From Oculatellaceae cyanobacterium bins.114 (GTDB taxonomy: Bacteria; Cyanobacteriota; Cyanobacteriia; Elainellales; Elainellaceae): a stretch of 64,000 nt of DNA. Shown here one piece after another: positions 9,601 to 18,974 of this stretch (its first letter is position 1; the number at the start of each line of letters is the position of its first letter). The position numbers were made by a program, and so were the translations under genes. Under the pieces are notes generated by a model. It made no database searches. It had not been told where the DNA came from and was given only the letters and a program-made list of their open reading frames with translations. The DNA lies in contig JANRJA010000222.1 of assembly GCA_033764315.1 (NCBI GenBank), positions 1-64,000 on the forward strand, written 5' to 3'.

Positions 9601-10302
9601 TTAGGGATTTTGCAGCGTTGCTGCGGTTTGCCCAAACAAAATTTTCTTGCTCTCTTCGGTCATGGTGGCTGAATTTCTAAAAGATTCTCCTTTTTCATAG
9701 GCTTGCACCACACCTGGACGAGAGCGCATCTGTTCAAACCACCGCCGCAGGTTAGGAAAATCTTCTAAGTTTTGCTGTTGCCGCTCATAGGGCACAATCC
9801 AGGGATAAGATGCCATATCTGCGATCGAGTATTCCCCGGCAATATAGTCGCGCCCTTGAAGTTGGCGATCGAGCACTCCATATAAACGGTTTGTTTCTCG
9901 CACATATCGGTCGATCGCATAGGGCAACTTTTCTGGTGCATATTGCACAAAGTGGTGATTTTGACCTGCCATTGGCCCTAACCCACCCATTTGCCAAAAT
10001 AGCCACTCTGTTACTGTTTTGCGTCCACGCACAGTAGTGGGCAAAAACTGACCTGTTTTTTCAGCAAGATACAGCAAGATAGCTCCCGACTCAAACACCG
10101 AGATAGGGTCTCCTGCATCGGCTGGGCTGTGATCCACAATCGCAGGCATACGATTATTAGGGGCAATTTTAAGAAAATCAGGTTTAAATTGATCGCCTGC
10201 TCCAATATTGACGGGTACGATGCGATATTCAAGCCCTGCTTCTTCTAAAAAAATCGTGATTTTGTGGCCGTTTGGGGTCGCCCAGTAATAGAGATCGATC
10301 AT
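9601..10302 (-). CDS. Glutathione S-transferase, YfcG/Nu-class-like
   Basis: MIDLYYWATPNGHK, PNNRMPAIVD, FESGAIL, WQMGGLGPMAGQ motifs. Confidence 0.95.
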   Translation of the reverse strand: MIDLYYWATPNGHKITIFLEEAGLEYRIVPVNIGAGDQFKPDFLKIAPNNRMPAIVDHSPADAGDPISVFESGAILLYLAEKTGQFLPTTVRGRKTVTEWLFWQMGGLGPMAGQNHHFVQYAPEKLPYAIDRYVRETNRLYGVLDRQLQGRDYIAGEYSIADMASYPWIVPYERQQQNLEDFPNLRRWFEQMRSRPGVVQAYEKGESFRNSATMTEESKKILFGQTAATLQNP

Positions 10303-10451
10303 GATGGCTCCTAGCAATTCATCCCTGAAACTACTCTAAGTCTAGATGAATAGCTAGCCCAGCCATTTAGATCACCTTTTATGGGGTAGACCTCTTACCC
10401 AAATCGATAGCAGTCTCAGATAGTCAGAGGCGATCGCTCCCTAAATTTGCT

Positions 10452-10754
10452 CTATCCTTGAAAATTTCTCAGCGAGTAATAGAGTGATTCATATTCAACC
10501 TGTGAAATCACATCTTTCTCATATACCTCAGATAACCACCGCTCAACAGCGATAGAAACCATTTCAATCCTGACAAATTGCTTGGCCGCTAAATAAGCCT
10601 GTGAGGAGGTGCCATAAATACAGCCATCGTCAAACACATCAAACAAAAACGGAACGGGGGGCTTGACCTGAAATGAAAAGCCTCCGTCCTCTAAATACAG
10701 ATTGATTTCCCAACCTCTAAAGGTTTTAGGCTCTAATATTGGAGTTTTCATCAC
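10452..10754 (-). CDS. Hypothetical protein (100 aa)
   Basis: Isolated ORF with globular composition and no competing long ORF. Confidence 0.65.
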   Translation of the reverse strand: MMKTPILEPKTFRGWEINLYLEDGGFSFQVKPPVPFLFDVFDDGCIYGTSSQAYLAAKQFVRIEMVSIAVERWLSEVYEKDVISQVEYESLYYSLRNFQG

Positions 10755-11639
10755 GCTTCCAGGGGCTGAATTTGGTTAGACTGACGTTCACTATATTGCG
10801 CTCCATTAATGGGTAATTCCTCAGCACTTTAACGCAGGATTTTGAGGTTCATGGGGGTTGATCACCGAGAAACTACGGAGGCAAGCTCTTAGAGATGATG
10901 GAGTAGGGCTGCCCCTTTCCTCAATGACGTACCTTTCCTCAGTAACCTGGTAGAAGTGACTTATGTAAAGGACTCAGGGGTGCAGCTCAATTTTTCAATA
11001 TCTAGTCATACTGCCTAACTGCAACTCAGAAATAGGATGTAAGATAACTCTTCAATTTTCGTTAAATCCCTTAGCACAACGGACGTAGAGCAAACATTTT
11101 TAACTTTTCAATGGAAAATAAACGCTCGCTAATCTCGCTAATTAATGACATTTACATTTATGGGTAAGCAACCCTGGAAAACAAAATACTCTGAGCAGAA
11201 ATAAATCGTTTGTGATCCTGAGATATGTCATTGTGGGACGCAACGGTTTAGATCCTGTTTTTGAGAGTTCTTAAAAATAGAGAGTTTTTTAGAAATTTTT
11301 AGAAATATTGTTGGCCCGATCGTTAGCGCAAGGTGGGTAACTTGTAAAAACAAAATTCTGAGATGAAATGAGAAGAGATGAGTAACGATGAGCATGCAGA
11401 ATTTTAAAAGTCCAAAAAAATTTAGCTGAAGCAAAAAGTTTTGTACCTGATCTAAAGATAGATTCTTGGAAATAAGTATTGATTTCTCTATTTCTTGAAA
11501 TACACTAAATTCATGATTGGTCGCTATAGTGCTGCTATTTGCATTACATGTCGGCATCACACAACGTAAGAGATCGTTTTAACCTCAAACGTATAAATTC
11601 AGTAGCCATCTTCCATCTTGTATATACTGTGCTTCACCA

Positions 11640-12254
11640 ATGACTACATCAAAAAAACGCTCATCCGTTACCGTTTCTAAAACATCAATTGATCAAGCTA
11701 CTCAAACACTACAAAGTCTTCCAGAAAAACCTAAGCAAGGGTGGTCTCTGCGAGAAGCGATTGATCAAATGAATGATGTGATTTCAATCGCGATTAGCAA
11801 AGGCTATAGCTACGAAGAATTGGTTGAGTTGTTGCGAGATCAAGGCATTGAAATTAGCGTTTCTTCCCTGAAAAACTATCTCACTCGCAGCAAGCGAGAG
11901 AATAGTGCTGCATCAACACCAAAAGCATCCGGCAAACCGAGAGGTCGTAGACCCAAATCGGCTCAAGCAGATGTACCGCCAGAGACTCAATCTAAGGCTT
12001 CGATGGATGCTGCATCTGAGATGGAGGGCGATCGCTCTGATCATGAACCATCTGCGGATGAAACAGCTCCGTCAGACACCTCATCCCCTTCTAAGTCTGC
12101 TGGGACTCCCGCTAAAAAAGGTAGACGCACTCGCTCATCCTCTGCCAAAACGATGGCTAAAACTCAAGCAGGGGCTAATCAAGCCAAAATTAGCAGCCCC
12201 TCTAATGGTCGAAAAACTCGCCGTAAAAAGGATGAATCGTCGTTAGCCTCTTAA
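11640..12254 (+). CDS. Hypothetical protein with HTH-like N-terminal domain and Ser/Lys/Arg-rich disordered tail
   Basis: SLREAI...AISKGYSYEELVELLRDQGIEISVSSLKNYL helical domain followed by a low-complexity basic tail. Confidence 0.8.
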   Translation: MTTSKKRSSVTVSKTSIDQATQTLQSLPEKPKQGWSLREAIDQMNDVISIAISKGYSYEELVELLRDQGIEISVSSLKNYLTRSKRENSAASTPKASGKPRGRRPKSAQADVPPETQSKASMDAASEMEGDRSDHEPSADETAPSDTSSPSKSAGTPAKKGRRTRSSSAKTMAKTQAGANQAKISSPSNGRKTRRKKDESSLAS

Positions 12255-12657
12255 GCACAGGTTAGTTGGATCAATGGCTTAGTGTTTTTAGCAAAGACGG
12301 ACAAGATGATGGGGATGCCATTAGTGCTTGGGTCAGACCAGGCAGAATTTGAGTATCTATCTCTCATTCGTTAACAGCTTCAACTAACCCAAGGATCTCT
12401 TATAGGGTTGTCTAACCTCAGTCATGATTGCGGTCGAAGCGACTGCGGTAGAATGGAGTGGTTAAATTAAGCTTTGCCTTCAGATCCGATGGGTTGCCTT
12501 GGCTTTTGTCCCTGGTTAAGGGGAGCAAAAAACCTCTTGATAGGCTGCACTAAAAGCGATATAGCTGTCTATTCGCGTGAAGATGCCTGCCCTGCTAAGA
12601 CTGGTGTAAGCCACTGCAATCTAGACATCCGATCTGGAGGCAGCGATCTGGAACCCT

Positions 12658-13923
12658 ATGTGGAAACCTGAACTGCTCGCCCCGGCTAAAAATCTAGACC
12701 GTTTATATGTCGCGATCGCCTATGGAGCAGATGCGGTATATTTGGGCGGACAAAAATATGGTTTACGGGCACGAGCCGATAACTTTACCGATGATGACTT
12801 AGCCCAGAGTGTGCGATTTGCGCATCAGCACAACGCCAAAATTTACGTTACCCTCAATGCTTTCTTGCATGATGATGATTTTGAGGGATTAGGAGAGTAT
12901 TGCCAGTTTCTAGAGGCGATTGGCGTTGATGCGGTGATTGTCTCCGATCTAGGAGTCATTCGCAGAGTTCAGGCTAGCTCAAACCTCACCATTCACCTCT
13001 CGACTCAAGCCTCTTGTCTCAATGCTTATGCTGCCCAAGTGTGGTCAGCGTTAGGGGTAAAGCGTTTGATTGTGGGTCGAGAGCTCAGTATTGCAGAGGC
13101 GGGGCAGATTCGACAGCACACGGGCATAGATGTGGAGATGTTTACCCACGGTGCTATGTGCATGGCATATTCAGGGCATTGCACCATCTCTAACTTCACC
13201 GCAGGGCGAGACTCTAACCGGGGTGGATGCATTCAATCGTGTCGATTGCCGTATCATTTGCCAACGGATGCAGCTATTAAACAATCGCAACCCGCAGAGT
13301 TGGTGGCATTTATGTCATCTAAAGACCTGTGGGGAATTTCTCAAATGGGTGAATTTTTCAAGCACCAGATCTGCTCATTAAAGATTGAAGGGCGGATGAA
13401 ATCATCTTTTTATGTGGCGATGACGTGCAAAATCTATCGTCAACTGATTGATGCTTATGCCAATGGCACGTTAGATGCTGCATTGATGGCTCAGGCTGCC
13501 GCAGAGCTACACTCGTTTCCGCATCGAGACTATACGGCTGCATCGCTAGAAACTCCTGCCGATCGCACCTCGGTGTTTGAGCGGTTACATGGCATGAACA
13601 CAGGCAGTCATCACTATATTGGACAGGTGTTAGAAATCACACCCGAAACAGCAATTTTGCGATTGTTTGAGCCATTAAAGGTGGGCGATCGCTTAGAGAT
13701 TGTGCCGTTTGTGGGTGAGCCAATTACTTGGACTGTGCAACACCTTGTCTCAATTCTTGGAGAGCCAATTCAAGCGATGCGGCAAGACAGTGTAGTTTGC
13801 ATTCCCAGACCCCCTGCATTAGAACGATGGAACGCGATCGCCAAATTGAATGTTGCTCGTCTTGCAGTTGATTCCCCATCTCTCAAGGCCCAGTCTGCGG
13901 CTGAGGCAGTAGGCATCGTTTAG
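12658..13923 (+). CDS. trhP: Peptidase U32-family Fe-S protein, TrhP/YegQ/YrrO-like tRNA U34 hydroxylation subunit
   Basis: PELLAPA, GADAVYLGG, HLSTQA, HGAMCMAYSGHC...NRGGCIQSCR (four Cys), SLKIEGRMKS; in an operon with cmoA/cmoB. Confidence 0.85.
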   Translation: MWKPELLAPAKNLDRLYVAIAYGADAVYLGGQKYGLRARADNFTDDDLAQSVRFAHQHNAKIYVTLNAFLHDDDFEGLGEYCQFLEAIGVDAVIVSDLGVIRRVQASSNLTIHLSTQASCLNAYAAQVWSALGVKRLIVGRELSIAEAGQIRQHTGIDVEMFTHGAMCMAYSGHCTISNFTAGRDSNRGGCIQSCRLPYHLPTDAAIKQSQPAELVAFMSSKDLWGISQMGEFFKHQICSLKIEGRMKSSFYVAMTCKIYRQLIDAYANGTLDAALMAQAAAELHSFPHRDYTAASLETPADRTSVFERLHGMNTGSHHYIGQVLEITPETAILRLFEPLKVGDRLEIVPFVGEPITWTVQHLVSILGEPIQAMRQDSVVCIPRPPALERWNAIAKLNVARLAVDSPSLKAQSAAEAVGIV

Positions 13924-13928
13924 AACCT

Positions 13929-15110
13929 ATGCAATTTAACACGTTTGCCTCATCTAGTCGCGATCTTGAGCGGTGTGCTAATGCGCCTCAGTTACAGGAG
14001 GTGTTGTTGGAACCAGCTTTATTAGCCCGTCAAGGAAAACTAGGAGAGGCTGAGGTGCAATCTCTGGCATTAGAAGCCACTCAACGAGGATTGCATCCCG
14101 TCTTGGTATGGGACATCGTTATGACAGAGCGGATGTTGTCAGGGGTGGGCGATCGCCTCCAACAGTGGGACTTAAACCGATTTTCTGCCATTCGAGTCTG
14201 TGATATTGGGGCGGCACATTGGCTCAAAACTTACGTTCCAGAGATACCGCTGCATCTAATTGTTGAGACAGGCAACCACAATCTTGAGGCGTTGCAGGGG
14301 TGGTGTGAGGTTTTTGCAGGCTCGCTAGAACGGTTAGTGTTGTCGATCGAGCTGCCTGAAAAACAGTTAATTAAATACTGCCAAACCCTACCGATCGCCT
14401 GTGAGTTGTTGGGCGTTGGGCAAATTTTGCTGTTTTACTCACCGCGATCGCTCCTCTCAACCCACATCTCTGCTCAAGACGAGAGTGATGAGATACCCTA
14501 CCTAGAAACCACGGTCGCCTTTGAAGAGACTCCTCAACGCCCCTTCCCCACGATAGAGACTGCCCACGGCACATTGATGTTTCTCGACAAAGATCAGTTC
14601 ATTCTCGATCGCTTAGAGACACTCAAATTAGCCGGATTACACACCGTCCGTTTAGATCTGCGCCATCTGGGTCACGCTGGAGATGTGGCGGTCGATGTCG
14701 ATCGCATTTGTCAGCAAATTTTGGATGATCCCTTGGCACTGCGACAACAGTGGGTTCGAGACACCCGTGCTCCGTTTTTTAATGCCAACCGCACCACATC
14801 GTTGTTTGCTCGGTTGAAATCAAAACTGTCTGACTATGCCACTCCAGAGCAACTTGCTGAAGTCGTTGCTGCCGAAAAAGGTCAATACACCGTTTTTTAC
14901 ACGACGCGATCGTTTCATGTTTCGCACGTCAAAGGCATTGTGCTAACCACCGGAGAAGAACTGCCACTGCCACCTAATTTTGAGCTACGCACCGTGAACA
15001 ACGAACCCATAGAGGCGATCGCCTCTCATCAATTAATAGTCACGGATGCGATCAAAAAAGTGGTATCTGGTTCGTTGTTGATTGGCAGGATTGAAAAGAG
15101 CCATGACTGA
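13929..15110 (+). CDS. Divergent U32-family partner subunit (YrrN-like) lacking the Cys cluster
   Basis: U32-like pattern (DIGA, ETGNHN, RLVLSIEL, LFYSPRSLLS, ETAHGT, GLHTVRLDLR); starts 5 nt after the first U32 gene. Confidence 0.7.
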   Translation: MQFNTFASSSRDLERCANAPQLQEVLLEPALLARQGKLGEAEVQSLALEATQRGLHPVLVWDIVMTERMLSGVGDRLQQWDLNRFSAIRVCDIGAAHWLKTYVPEIPLHLIVETGNHNLEALQGWCEVFAGSLERLVLSIELPEKQLIKYCQTLPIACELLGVGQILLFYSPRSLLSTHISAQDESDEIPYLETTVAFEETPQRPFPTIETAHGTLMFLDKDQFILDRLETLKLAGLHTVRLDLRHLGHAGDVAVDVDRICQQILDDPLALRQQWVRDTRAPFFNANRTTSLFARLKSKLSDYATPEQLAEVVAAEKGQYTVFYTTRSFHVSHVKGIVLTTGEELPLPPNFELRTVNNEPIEAIASHQLIVTDAIKKVVSGSLLIGRIEKSHD

Positions 15111-15876
15111 CCCACTGGATACAGAGCTTTATCGCACAGCACTCTATCTGAACCCCGACAAAGACGACTTATTTGACACCGGACCCTGGCCCAAACCCTT
15201 TGTCTTCAACGAAGAAGTGGTGCGTGTCTTTGATAATATGGTGTCTCGCTCAGTGCCGCTTTACCGAGAGGTATTGGCTTGTGCGGTACATTGGGCCCGT
15301 GACTACTATCAACCCAACACGCAAATTGTCGATATTGGGTGCTCAACGGGTACGTTTTTGGAACTGCTAGGACGGTTTCTCAAACAACCCGCTCAGTTAG
15401 TTGGCGTTGATAACTCTCAAGCCATGTTAGAAAAGGCACGTGAGAAGTTAACTGAGACTCAACAAATTCATCAGGTGACATTAATCTGCGCTAATGCAGA
15501 AGAAGTTTCATTGGCTAATAGTAGTGTGATTGTGATCAACTACACGTTGCAATTTTTACCAGTAAAGCAGCGTCAGAACCTGTTGCGATCGCTCTATCAA
15601 AGTTTAGTTCCGGGTGGCTTATTGTTTCTCAGCGAAAAGGTTAAATCACCTCATCCTCGACTGCAAGAAACTGTTACGTTGCACTATGAATCCTTTAAAA
15701 CCCGAAACGGCTATGCTCGCACTGAGATTGAACGCAAAAAAGAAGCGTTAGAGAATGTGCTGGTTCCCTTAACGGAACAGCAACAAATTCAGATGTTGCG
15801 CGACACTGGGTTTGAGTATATCGATACTCTGATCAAACTACACAATTTTGTGTCACTGGTAGCCCTCAAGTCATAG
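15103..15876 (+). CDS. cmoA: Carboxy-S-adenosyl-L-methionine synthase CmoA
   Basis: FVFNEEVVRVFDNMVSRSVPLY, DIGCSTG, VDNSQAM, NYTLQFL, LSEK, FK..NGY...ALENVL, NFVSLVALK. ATG at 15103 overlaps the upstream stop. Confidence 0.92.
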   Translation: MTDPLDTELYRTALYLNPDKDDLFDTGPWPKPFVFNEEVVRVFDNMVSRSVPLYREVLACAVHWARDYYQPNTQIVDIGCSTGTFLELLGRFLKQPAQLVGVDNSQAMLEKAREKLTETQQIHQVTLICANAEEVSLANSSVIVINYTLQFLPVKQRQNLLRSLYQSLVPGGLLFLSEKVKSPHPRLQETVTLHYESFKTRNGYARTEIERKKEALENVLVPLTEQQQIQMLRDTGFEYIDTLIKLHNFVSLVALKS

Positions 15877-15899
15877 TAACCCTCAAGTAACCGTTGCCT

Positions 15900-16883
15900 A
15901 TGTTGTCTGACGCGATCGCCTACACAGCCCCCGATTACCTCGACCAATATGGCAGTGAAATTCATCAAGATGCGATCGCAACTGTGCGGCAAGAGCGGCT
16001 TGCCAAATTAATTGAACCGTCTGTGAAGCCGTATATTGAGGCAGTGCAATCCGTTCGAGAACTGCAAAGTGAGTGGTTCGACTTTGCGGGAGATGTCGTC
16101 AAGATAGGTCGGGCTGACGAGTTATCGGTCAACCAGCAACAACAGTTTTATCAAGCTCTACAAACCTTTTGTCCCTGGAAAAAAGGGCCCTTTGAGCTAT
16201 TTGGAGTGGCGATCGATGCTGAGTGGCGATCAGACTGGAAATGGTCTCGCATTTTGCCTCAGATTCAACCGTTGGGCGATCGCAAAGTGGCCGACATTGG
16301 CTGTCACAACGGCTATTTTATGTTTCGGATGGCAGATCAAAAACCCGCCTGTGTGATTGGGTTTGAACCCGTTGCCAAACATTTTTGGAATTTTCAGCTT
16401 CTGCAAAATATTACTCAACAGAGCCAGTTGGCGTTTGAGCTATTGGGCGTAGAGCATATTCACTTCTATCCCCAATTTTTTGACACCATCTTTTGTTTAG
16501 GAATTTTGTATCACCACACTGACCCCATTGGTTTATTAAATAAACTGCGCGATGCCCTTGCCCCTAAAGGTGAGTTGATCATCGATTGTCAGGGCATTCC
16601 TGGTGACATGCCTGTAGCTCTGACGCCACGCAAACGCTATGCCCAGGCGCGTGGCATCTGGTTTTTGCCGACACAATCGTGTCTTGAACACTGGCTGACT
16701 CGGGCTGGCTTCTCAACCGTTCATTGTTTTTTTGCAGCCTCCCTCTCTGTTGAAGAGCAACGCCGCACCCCTTGGGCAAATATTGATAGCCTCCAAGACT
16801 TTCTTGATCCCCACGATCGCGCGCTCACCTGTGAAGGCTATCCTGCTCCCTGGCGTTATTACCTGATAGCCCGCAGGGATTAA
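15900..16883 (+). CDS. cmoB: tRNA U34 carboxymethyltransferase CmoB
   Basis: PWKKGPF, IDAEWRSDWKW, DIGCHNGY, LGILYH, EEQRRTPW, EGYPAPWR motifs. Confidence 0.95.
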   Translation: MLSDAIAYTAPDYLDQYGSEIHQDAIATVRQERLAKLIEPSVKPYIEAVQSVRELQSEWFDFAGDVVKIGRADELSVNQQQQFYQALQTFCPWKKGPFELFGVAIDAEWRSDWKWSRILPQIQPLGDRKVADIGCHNGYFMFRMADQKPACVIGFEPVAKHFWNFQLLQNITQQSQLAFELLGVEHIHFYPQFFDTIFCLGILYHHTDPIGLLNKLRDALAPKGELIIDCQGIPGDMPVALTPRKRYAQARGIWFLPTQSCLEHWLTRAGFSTVHCFFAASLSVEEQRRTPWANIDSLQDFLDPHDRALTCEGYPAPWRYYLIARRD

Positions 16884-17189
16884 ATTGAGTTGTTTTCCAA
16901 ATTAACCCAATGCCTTTCACGGAGAGGATTAAGCCCTTAAAAAATCTTTAACATCTGTTAAAAATATCTGTTTGCTAGAACACGCCCTTGCTACACACAT
17001 TTAATCTACAGGCAGAATTATTACAACAGTTTTTTTGCTTCATGTTTTCGTTATTACAATTTTAGTGATCAGGGTTAAATGCTTTCAGCTAAATAGTGGC
17101 TCTAGGTCAAACATAAAGATGCTTAAGAGACATTCGCCTAAAAAGTTTGAAGAGCAAAATTTTGAGCACGATTTAGATAGCACATTCAG

Positions 17190-18377
17190 GTGGAGTTAAT
17201 GGATATTGAATCTTTTTCACGGCAGTTAAACGCCATGCGCAATCGCATTTTTACATTAATGAACCGTGCCTATTCTGAGCCGTCTTTAGATCTAATTCCT
17301 TTTTCATTAAAAGAGCTTGGTGTCGCTTCTGAAGAATTGGAAGTCACTTTAGAAGCGTTGCAGGAACAAAACCAGGCATTAAGTCATGCGTTGATAGCCG
17401 CAGAACGAGAACGTCAGCAATATCAAGACTTGTTTGAATCGGCTCCAGAAGCGTATTTAGTTACGAATATGGATGCCACAATTCAGGAGGCAAACCAGTC
17501 AGCCGCAAACCTTTTGGGTGTGTCGGCTAAATTTTTGGTGGGCAAACCGTTAGCCGTATTTATGGATGAAAAAGAGCGTTCTCAATTGCGATCGCGCTTG
17601 TCACAATTGACGAATGGTTGTCCACAAACCTGGGAAATTTCGATTCATCCGCGCGATCGCAAACCTTTTGATGTTGAGTGCGTTGTAGGCATCGCTCAAC
17701 ATAAAGGAACACTGCGTTGGTTAATTCGAGATATCACGAATCGCAAACATTTAGTTTCTATTAATTACAATAATCACAATACCCATCAGCCCATTGCAGA
17801 TTACATTCAAATCCTTCAAGAAAATCGTTTTGTTCACGCTTACAATCGCCGTGAGTTAATTTCTCTAGAGCCTGAAAAGCTTTGGTTGGTAGTGCAAGGA
17901 TTAGTCAAGTTAACAACTCCTATTGACGGTAATTCAGATATTGTGACAGGACTGATTGGGCCAGGGATGGTGTTTGGGGCTTATCTGACTTCGTTGTCAC
18001 TCTATCAAGCTGCTGCTTTATCAGATGTTCAACTGGTTGCTATCTCGTTAGATGAAATTGCCAATTCTCCTCAGTTGGCTCAACTCTTTTTTGTAATGAA
18101 TGCACGTCGATTGCGACAAGCCGAAGCATTATTGGCGATCGCTGGAGAACGTCATATCAAAGATCGGTTATATCGTTTGTTAGAACTGCTGAAAAAAGAA
18201 ATGAGTGAAACTAATGCAGCGGGATCACGGCTCAATGTTCGTTTGACCCATGAAGATCTGGCCAATGCCTGCGGTAGCACTAGAGCTACGATTACTCGGT
18301 TAATGGGAGAACTGCAACAACAAAAAAAAGTAATCGTTGACGATAAGGGGCACATCATCCTAAAGGAAGGTTTGTAA
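17190..18377 (+). CDS. Coiled-coil/PAS-Crp/Fnr-type transcriptional regulator
   Basis: YQDLFESAPEAYLVT PAS domain, cNMP-fold-like LWLVVQGLVKL, HTH LTHEDLANACGSTRATITRLMG. Start is GTG 17190 or ATG 17199. Confidence 0.9.
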   Translation: MELMDIESFSRQLNAMRNRIFTLMNRAYSEPSLDLIPFSLKELGVASEELEVTLEALQEQNQALSHALIAAERERQQYQDLFESAPEAYLVTNMDATIQEANQSAANLLGVSAKFLVGKPLAVFMDEKERSQLRSRLSQLTNGCPQTWEISIHPRDRKPFDVECVVGIAQHKGTLRWLIRDITNRKHLVSINYNNHNTHQPIADYIQILQENRFVHAYNRRELISLEPEKLWLVVQGLVKLTTPIDGNSDIVTGLIGPGMVFGAYLTSLSLYQAAALSDVQLVAISLDEIANSPQLAQLFFVMNARRLRQAEALLAIAGERHIKDRLYRLLELLKKEMSETNAAGSRLNVRLTHEDLANACGSTRATITRLMGELQQQKKVIVDDKGHIILKEGL

Positions 18378-18587
18378 CTCAAACGAACAGAATTTGAGTT
18401 TCATTATTCCATTAGGTTAACTAGATAATAAAGCCGAGGTCATTGCTTGCTAATTCTTCTCTGATCAGTTTTGTAGTAATTTCAGGATTTGGGTTTTTAT
18501 ACCAGAATTCAAAATTCTTTAAATCGTTGAAATTCAATTTAGGAAGAATTTTCAAGTGTTAGCTTGCACTTTATGTACGGCCAAATT

Positions 18588-18688
18588 GGGCATTGCTGAT
18601 CGAATGTATAAATTTTGTCAGGACATTTCGCGGAAAGCCCCTGCTGACATGATCAGTGTTTATAAGTCATGCCTACATTCAGCAACTC
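18588..18688. repeat. Dispersed repeat (family D)
   Basis: ggcattgctga...ttcagcaac ends. The left part resembles about 52668-52725 (gtgttgctga..aatgt..gaatt...gg.c.tttcgc..aa.gcc). Confidence 0.45.
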
Positions 18689-18974
18689 TTTAAATTGAAT
18701 CTAGACTAGAAGATTAGATGTGGTATCTTCTAAGCAACCTAATGTAAACTAATGCTTTTCCTGACCTTTGTTTTTTTGTGTTTGAATCTTAAAAAGGATT
18801 CTTTTGATTAAATCAAATGGTTTGAGAGACTCAATCTTAAAGAAGATGTAATGTAGTGAAGGCAAAGGCGATCCTTAGAAGATTACTAGCAGCAAACCTG
18901 TGTCATCCCTGAATTTTTTCATCACCCCTTTTTATCCACTCAAACCAATTATTTAACCTGTTCTTTTAATAAAA

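Noticed and set aside
11228-11560. 110-aa minus-strand ORF
   Set aside because: AT-rich promoter-like DNA giving a Phe/Leu/Lys-biased translation, likely spurious.
12474-12657. Possible riboswitch (GCCACTG) or leader ORF upstream of the U32 operon
   Set aside because: The other cobalamin riboswitch elements are not visible, and the 65-aa ORF has no support. An Rfam scan would settle it.
12658-13923. Annotation of the U32 protein as a collagenase/protease
   Set aside because: The Fe-S Cys motif and cmoAB context favour tRNA hydroxylation.
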